Shown: piece by piece, positions 58,339 to 64,000 of the stretch
Layout: each line of letters opens with the position of its first letter
Position numbering within the stretch: the first letter of the stretch is position 1
Assembly: GCA_041690135.1 (NCBI GenBank)
Contig: JAWLHY010000003.1
Span: 352,001 to 416,000, forward strand
Direction of reading: 5' to 3'
Length of the DNA: 64,000 nucleotides
Source: Armatimonadota bacterium
GTDB lineage: Bacteria; Armatimonadota; SYMT01
The notes under the pieces: model-generated
What the model was told of the DNA's origin: nothing
The model's database searches: none
The model's input: the letters and a program-made list of their open reading frames with translations, nothing else
Program-made: the position numbers and the translations under genes

Positions 58339-58733
58339 GCGCGGCACTTTACATCATTCCGGAACGGGCGATCGACGGCTTCGACCCGGGGGTGAACGGC
58401 AAGGCATTGGGCCGGTCGACCACCCTGGACCGGCTGGCGAAACAGGCGGGCGTGAAGTCTCTGATGGAGTTCTTCAGCCAGGACCCGGAAGAGGCGGCGG
58501 CGTTCCTGGAAGACCAGGGAGTAGAGTATCCCACCGACGAACTGCCGGCCGAGCAGTGGTTTACGCCCGAGGAAGGGCTGGCGACGGTGCGGGGTCTGCT
58601 CGGTCACCTGGCCGGACAACCGGACTCCATTCGGGAGGCCGCCGCGCTGGCGGACGACCTCCGCGAGTTCGAGGCGGTCCTGTCCCGGCTCGCCGTGGAG
58701 GGTGTGCGGTGGCACCTGGCAGTGGACTTCTGA
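58335..58733 (+). CDS. Hypothetical acidic protein
   Basis: ATGA overlap with the upstream gene; MSAALYIIPE...WHLAVDF. Confidence 0.7.
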   Translation: MSAALYIIPERAIDGFDPGVNGKALGRSTTLDRLAKQAGVKSLMEFFSQDPEEAAAFLEDQGVEYPTDELPAEQWFTPEEGLATVRGLLGHLAGQPDSIREAAALADDLREFEAVLSRLAVEGVRWHLAVDF

Positions 58734-58754
58734 GTTAACAAAGGTGGAACACCT

Positions 58755-59189
58755 ATGCCTGAAGGTCCGCCCGATCGGATCGCCATCAACCGTGACGACT
58801 ACCACGCGGAACACGTTGGCCGCACCTCCGATGGTCGGCAGTTTTTCCTCACCACGCCGTTTGAGCCACTCGGACGTGAGTTCGCCGCACTTTTCCTCTT
58901 CGATTCCGAAGGTCAGTTGCTCGATGCCAGGATTGACGATCTCGGCCCACGCGCAACCATGAATGAAGCGCAACGGCGCGAGGTGTACGCGCAGCGTTTA
59001 CGTGAGTTGGGCAAGGTCCGCTTCGAGCGGATCGAGGTGGCACCTTTCTCCATCGAGCGGTTCGGAATCGAATTCGGTCTGATCGCCTGCGCACCAGAAG
59101 ATGAAGACGACGAGTGGTCGGTCGAACTACATCCCGGCAACTATATGGCGTTCCACGAGCCGTGGGACAGCGGCGACTACGACACCTGA
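58755..59189 (+). CDS. Hypothetical acidic protein
   Basis: Co-oriented ORF with AGGTGG RBS; ends PWDSGDYDT. Confidence 0.7.
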   Translation: MPEGPPDRIAINRDDYHAEHVGRTSDGRQFFLTTPFEPLGREFAALFLFDSEGQLLDARIDDLGPRATMNEAQRREVYAQRLRELGKVRFERIEVAPFSIERFGIEFGLIACAPEDEDDEWSVELHPGNYMAFHEPWDSGDYDT

Positions 59190-59239
59190 GTGCATGTCCC
59201 GCGAAAGGTTCAGGTATACGCGCTCATAGTGAGGAAGGC

Positions 59240-59854
59240 ATGGCTACTTCTCTGTTCGACGACACCCTGGCGCGGATCGAACGCAAGCTCGCGGCCGTGC
59301 GTGAGGCCGATCCGGATCTCGTGATCTACGGGGCATCGCGGCACCGGTACCGGCTGAACCCCTGCCTGAATGAAGACGAACTGACCGCGTTCGAGAGCCA
59401 CCTCGGCATTACCCTGCCCCCGGAGTACCGGGCCTTTCTCCAACGGCTCGGTAACGGGGGCGCCGGTCCGGATAACGGTCTCCACCCGCTGAACGTTCGT
59501 CAGCCGGAGGACTACACCTATCTTAGTGAGCCGTTCCCCGTCTCGGCGGAGCTTGCCCGGGAAGTGGTGTCGCGCCCCCAGGACGAGCGGTACCTGGAAG
59601 GGTTTGAGGACGTGGAGTTCGGTGGCTACCTGGAGACCACCGACTCCGGCTGCGGGACCTTTTCGTTCCTCGTGGTTACGGGGGATCAGCGCGGGTTGAT
59701 GTGGGGGAGCGGGGGCGGCTGCGAGTTGATTCCTTGCGTGGACAAGCAGGGCGCGCCGATGGGGTTTCTCGCGTGGTATGAGGACTGGTTCGATTACTGC
59801 CTGCGGCCGGGGATCATCGAGTACTGGGCCGGGCTCGCGAAGAGCCAGAGATAG
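59240..59854 (+). CDS. SMI1/KNR4 (SUKH) family immunity-type protein
   Basis: FESHLGITLPPEYRAFL...GNGGAGP, GCG, FLAWYEDW. Confidence 0.88.
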   Translation: MATSLFDDTLARIERKLAAVREADPDLVIYGASRHRYRLNPCLNEDELTAFESHLGITLPPEYRAFLQRLGNGGAGPDNGLHPLNVRQPEDYTYLSEPFPVSAELAREVVSRPQDERYLEGFEDVEFGGYLETTDSGCGTFSFLVVTGDQRGLMWGSGGGCELIPCVDKQGAPMGFLAWYEDWFDYCLRPGIIEYWAGLAKSQR

Positions 59855-59901
59855 TGGGAAGAGCCTGGTGTCGAGGGGCGATTGCTGGCATCGATAACTC
59901 C

Positions 59902-60234
59902 ATGCGAAGACGAGCGATCATCCAGGTGTGTGTAGTTGGGTTTATGCTCTTCTCGGTCGCAGCCTTGGGGCAGGGGCTTTGGCATCGCTCGCACTTTCCT
60001 CCGGCTTCGCTTCCGATGGTGGGAGCGATCATTGCTACACTTGGTCACCTCCTCTACCTCGCAGGTAACAGTGGTTTCCAGAAGGCACCGAGGGGCCAGG
60101 AAATAGGGCCGCCTGGCGGTTGGCTGCCGCTGCGTGGTCGATGGCAGTGGGCCTTCCTGGCAGCAGGTGGCATTCTGCTGGGGTTCGGCGGCCTGTCTAT
60201 GATGGCAGTCTGGTTCCTGGGGCCGCACTTTTGA
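59902..60234 (+). CDS. Small membrane protein
   Basis: Three hydrophobic segments. Confidence 0.55.
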   Translation: MRRRAIIQVCVVGFMLFSVAALGQGLWHRSHFPPASLPMVGAIIATLGHLLYLAGNSGFQKAPRGQEIGPPGGWLPLRGRWQWAFLAAGGILLGFGGLSMMAVWFLGPHF

Positions 60235-60460
60235 AGGCACTCTCCGGAGAGTAGTGAGAGCGACGTCACACCTGGTGGGTTCCCGCTCCATCAGCGAGAG
60301 CGGAGTTCCACACGGCGTGACGGGTACGCATCCATCACGAGGCAGGCATCGGAGAGCCTGCCCTACCTTCACCGGTCACCGGTCACCGGTTCGCGAACAT
60401 AGCACGCCCCGTACAACCTGGCAGCAGAGACTTGCGTGACAACTGACCTCGTAGAGGACC

Positions 60461-60825
60461 ATGGACGAACCTCTCGACACATTCGGCCGGCTATTGGTAC
60501 GCAGTTCCGAGATCCGGCAATTAAGTTCTTCGATCAGGCCTGCGAGGGTCGCTGGAAGGCGCCCGGCGTACAGGACCTCCAGGCGGAACTGGCCGCACTC
60601 CCAGCGGAACAGCGAGAAGTGGCGCGGCGGGTGCTGCTCAAGGCTCTGGACGTGGGGCTCCACGACTTCCTCTTCGGCCTGCAGGAGGCGCACGATCTGG
60701 AGCAGGGCATCACGGTTATGGTGGAGGATCAGAACATCGCGGAGTTCTCGGACGGTCTCCACGGAGAACCGTGGTCGGAAGATGGTTGGATCGCAAGGTT
60801 CAGCCAGTATCCCCAATCGGAGTGA
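60461..60825 (+). pseudogene. Hypothetical gene with a probable 1-nt frameshift near 60500
   Basis: AGAGGA RBS plus ATG 60461 gives MDEPLDTFGRLLVR; the protein-like sequence QFRDPAIKFFD...SDGLHGE...DGWIARFS continues in another frame. Confidence 0.6.
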
Positions 60826-60973
60826 GATTTTGAGAGGCGGCGCTCATCATTGGCAAAAAGGATCCCCCCAATTAACTTGACGCTGCCGCCCACTTTGCAT
60901 CATAAAGTCCATCAGACAGGCAACCGCGCCAATCCTGGCGGCACAAGCCTGGTCCGCCGCGGAGGTGCTTGCG

Positions 60974-61714
60974 ATGCGTTGCCGATCTTTACTCGCCACG
61001 GTGGTCGTGCTGCTCCTTTCTCTCGCCGGCCTCCCGTTCGCCTCGGCTGGCGACCCGTCCCCGCCCGTCGCTCTCGGCAAGATCCAGCCGCCGGGAGGCG
61101 TGCCGTTGTTTGCCGGGCGACCCGGAATGAAGATTCCGGTGGAAGGCCTGAACCAGGCCCGCCTCCGCCTGGAGTCGGCTCCGGAGGCGGAACTCACAAA
61201 ATGGGTCGGCGAGTTGGAGCGGATCGCGGGCCAGAAGGTGGAGAACGAGTTGGAAGAGGCCGGATGCCGCACCTACTTCGTGATCCGGATGAGCGTGGCA
61301 TTCGACGGTCTTCAGTGGAACGCGCGGAAGGCGGAGAGTCTGTTCCAACGCGCCCGGACCATGCCGCCGGCAGAAGCCAGGCTCTGGCAGGAAGCGTTCC
61401 AGGCGGTGCTGAAGCGGGAGATCTCCCGCGCCTACATGGTTCCGCTCGTCCTTCTTCCGGTGGAGGCGCTGCACGTGGGACCGCGGTTCAACACCGAGCG
61501 GAGCCACCGGTACCTGGCCCGGTTGAAGCAGTTGACGGCGGAGGACCTGGCGCTCTGGCAAAGCCGGGTGGACCGGTTCGGGGGGACGGACCTGGACGCC
61601 GCCGTGAACATCGTTCTGCTGGAGGAGTTCTTCACCCAGGAGAAATTCCAGCGGGATCGGTTCCGGGCGGCCGTCAAAGCGGGGGACCGGGAAATACGCG
61701 GCAGTGGGAGTTGA
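60974..61714 (+). CDS. Secreted hypothetical protein
   Basis: GGAGG RBS, signal peptide ending ASA. Confidence 0.7.
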   Translation: MRCRSLLATVVVLLLSLAGLPFASAGDPSPPVALGKIQPPGGVPLFAGRPGMKIPVEGLNQARLRLESAPEAELTKWVGELERIAGQKVENELEEAGCRTYFVIRMSVAFDGLQWNARKAESLFQRARTMPPAEARLWQEAFQAVLKREISRAYMVPLVLLPVEALHVGPRFNTERSHRYLARLKQLTAEDLALWQSRVDRFGGTDLDAAVNIVLLEEFFTQEKFQRDRFRAAVKAGDREIRGSGS

Positions 61715-61794
61715 TCGCAGGCCGTTAGCAGGCATGCTCACATATAATAAGGGCAGGAGAACTGTCTGCGCATATCCGGATGGCGAGGGAGAGA

Positions 61795-62067
61795 ATGACC
61801 GGGATTCGCCCACGATATAGTAAGGAAGAATTCGCCCAACGCGGTGATGAGATTTTTGAGCGTGACATCTATCCATGCTTGCAGCCGGAAGACACCGGTA
61901 AGTTCGTCGTTATCGACGTTGAAACCGGTGACTACGAGATGGATGCAGAGGAACTCGTCGCTTCCGATCGGCTCCTAGCTCGCCGTCCCGACGCTCAGGT
62001 GTGGCTGCGACGCGTCGGGTCGCGCTACGCGCGTCGATTCGGGCCTCGCCAGCGTACTGCAGTATGA
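61795..62067 (+). CDS. Small protein (PRYSKEEF...GKFVVIDVETGDYE family)
   Basis: ATGA-coupled to the aspartic protease gene; TATAAT upstream. Confidence 0.8.
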   Translation: MTGIRPRYSKEEFAQRGDEIFERDIYPCLQPEDTGKFVVIDVETGDYEMDAEELVASDRLLARRPDAQVWLRRVGSRYARRFGPRQRTAV

Positions 62068-62441
62068 TTACCGGGACTGTTAATCCCTTCCGTGAGCCAA
62101 TCATCCGGCTCAAGGTACTTGGACCAGGGGGGCAGGAACAAGAGATCGAGGCTGTGGTCGACACTGGCTTCACTGGATCACTGACGCTCCCCCCTGCAGT
62201 GATCTCCGCACTCAACCTCCCATTTCGCCGGCGCGGCCGCGCACTTCTGGCGGACGGCAGCGAGAGCCTCTTTGATGTTTTCGAGGCTACAGTGGAATGG
62301 GATAGGCAGCCGCGCCGCGTTCCAGTGGACGAGGCGGCTGCGGATCCACTCGTTGGGATGGCTTTGCTATACGGCTTTGAGTTGACGGTCCAAGCCGTGG
62401 ATGGCGGCATAGTAATCATCCAACCTCTGCCGACAACCTGA
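62064..62441 (+). CDS. Clan AA (retropepsin-like) aspartic protease
   Basis: VVDTGF catalytic motif, LADG flap, LVGM. Confidence 0.88.
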   Translation: MITGTVNPFREPIIRLKVLGPGGQEQEIEAVVDTGFTGSLTLPPAVISALNLPFRRRGRALLADGSESLFDVFEATVEWDRQPRRVPVDEAAADPLVGMALLYGFELTVQAVDGGIVIIQPLPTT

Positions 62442-62645
62442 TTATGCTTTAGTTGACCGAGTGCTGTGGGCTTCCGTTCCACCGTGCACTGACTTCCGAA
62501 TCGATTGAGGGTCCCTTCTGTCTGTACGTTGCCGGGCACCAGAGCATCTGGAGTTTCTCTGCCCGGACGTAGCTTGATCGGAAGTAATGAATGGTCTCAC
62601 CTGATCAGGCAGTGTCCTGGACACTTGACGTTGGAAACCCAGTTT

Positions 62646-63128
62646 ATGAGCGATTCCCTGTACGATGCGGCGGTGTACGGTGACTACGACGGGGTTCGGC
62701 GTATTCTCGCGCAGAACCCCGGAACGGTTCACGAGGTAGATGAGTACGGCTTCACGGCCCTGCATGGGGTGGCCGGCGAGCACCACCCGGAGATGGCCCA
62801 GTTACTCATCGACCACGGCGCCAACGTCAATGCGGCCAACGATGAGGGTGTCACGCCGCTGCACCTTGCGGCCTGGCCCGAAATGGTGGCGGTCCTCCTG
62901 CGCAACGGCGCCGACCTGGAAGCGCGGGACCGGCGTGGGGATACCCCCCTCCTCACCCAGGCGGCGGAACCGGAGAGTGAAGATGTGATGGAGGCGCTCC
63001 TCCAGGCCGGCGCGGATGTAGAGGCGCGCAACGCCGACGGGGAGAGCGCCATGGACCTGGCGCTCGCGCGGGAGGAAGACGAGAAGGTGGACCTACTGGA
63101 GAGCTTTGCAGTCCGGGAGACGGACTGA
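62646..63128 (+). CDS. Ankyrin repeat protein
   Basis: GFTALH, GANVNA, GVTPLHLA, GDTPL, GADVEA. Confidence 0.92.
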   Translation: MSDSLYDAAVYGDYDGVRRILAQNPGTVHEVDEYGFTALHGVAGEHHPEMAQLLIDHGANVNAANDEGVTPLHLAAWPEMVAVLLRNGADLEARDRRGDTPLLTQAAEPESEDVMEALLQAGADVEARNADGESAMDLALAREEDEKVDLLESFAVRETD

Positions 63129-63139
63129 TCTCCAAGATC

Positions 63140-63988
63140 TCACCTTTCCGAAAAGGCTTCGCGCAGTAGCTTCAGGCTCTGGGGGATGGCTTTCCGGGGA
63201 TCGTCTTTCCCTTCAAACTCCAGGGAAACGTAGCCGCCGTAGCGGTGCTTGCGCAGCATCGCGGCGATGCGCGGGTAGTCGAGATCCAGGGTGTACCACA
63301 GGCCGCCACCGTAGTAGGTCTTCGCCTGAACCAGAACGGTCTTCGGCGCCAGCTTTTCCAGGCGGTCGTAGGGGTCTTCCAGGAAGTTGCCGGTGTCCAT
63401 TGTCACCTGCAGCCACGGGGAATCGAGTGCTTCCACCACGCGCAGCACCCCCTCCGGCGTGCGGCCGAGACCCCAGTGGTTTTCCAGGCCCAGCAGCACG
63501 CCGCGGCTGGCGGCCACCTCCAGGCACTTGCCCAGGCTATCGATCACCCACTTGAAGCCGTCTTCATCCGTGTAGCCCGGGAGCGGCGGCTCGATGCCCC
63601 GGTTCTTCATCAGCTCGTCGAAATTCTTGCTGGTGCCCCAGGTGCCGGTATTGACCCGGATCGTCGGGATGCCCAGCTGGTAGGCCAGCTCGATGCAGCG
63701 CAGGGTGTGGTCGATGTTGCGCTGCCGGACCTCTGCCTTGGGGGAGAGGAAGCCCTGGTGGGTGGAGAAGCCGCAAACGTCCAGGCCGTTCACGAAAGCC
63801 CGCCGCTTCAGTCGCTGGAGATAGCCGTTGTCCTCGGAGGCCATCTGCCGGTGCAGGATCTCCACGCCGTCGAACCCCATCTCCGCCGCCAGGTCGAAGC
63901 AGGTCTCGATGTCGCGCAGGTCGGCGTGGCGGAACTGCCAGAAGGAGTAGGTGGAGACGGCGATGCGGTTGCCGGGGCGCTTTTTCAT
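63140..63988 (-). CDS. Sugar phosphate isomerase/epimerase (TIM barrel); may start outside the window
   Basis: GFDGVE, LENH, DTGN, SLEFEG. Confidence 0.88.
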   Translation of the reverse strand: MKKRPGNRIAVSTYSFWQFRHADLRDIETCFDLAAEMGFDGVEILHRQMASEDNGYLQRLKRRAFVNGLDVCGFSTHQGFLSPKAEVRQRNIDHTLRCIELAYQLGIPTIRVNTGTWGTSKNFDELMKNRGIEPPLPGYTDEDGFKWVIDSLGKCLEVAASRGVLLGLENHWGLGRTPEGVLRVVEALDSPWLQVTMDTGNFLEDPYDRLEKLAPKTVLVQAKTYYGGGLWYTLDLDYPRIAAMLRKHRYGGYVSLEFEGKDDPRKAIPQSLKLLREAFSER

Positions 63989-64000
63989 TTCTGCTCCCCG

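Noticed and set aside
56334-63128. Integron cassette array
   Set aside because: No intI, and no paired RYYYAAC/GTTRRRY attC sites in the spacers; an isolated GTTAGC near 61724 is not enough.

Overview
GC-rich bacterial chromosome segment. The gene repertoire (DUF1501, DUF1559/H-X9-DG, SLH protein, secretin, sulfatase) suggests Armatimonadota or a similar lineage; this is inference only. The left ~47 kb is mostly core genes: mnmE, recF, an rfbD-rfbA-UbiA-mtnP-mtnA-apt operon, a PilN/O/P/secretin-like operon, a lytic transglycosylase, an orphan CcrM-like DNA methyltransferase, two ECF sigma factors, ppk1, a sulfatase, ndh, greA, PBP1A and a PmbA/TldE protein. The right ~16 kb is accessory. It holds two copies of a composite modular repeat element (~48.1-48.4 kb and ~52.5-52.9 kb), a MITE-like inverted-repeat element, and a co-oriented array of 12 short genes behind a near-consensus sigma70 promoter (SMI1/KNR4, ankyrin, DinB, a small protein plus aspartic protease pair, one frameshifted gene). 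Intergenic DNA carries several repeat families and candidate structured RNAs, including a sigma54 promoter-terminator unit that could make a ~60 nt sRNA and a c-di-GMP-II-like motif in front of an ECF sigma gene. I saw no rRNA, tRNA, CRISPR array, integrase or transposase. All calls come from reading the sequence by eye; no database searches were run.
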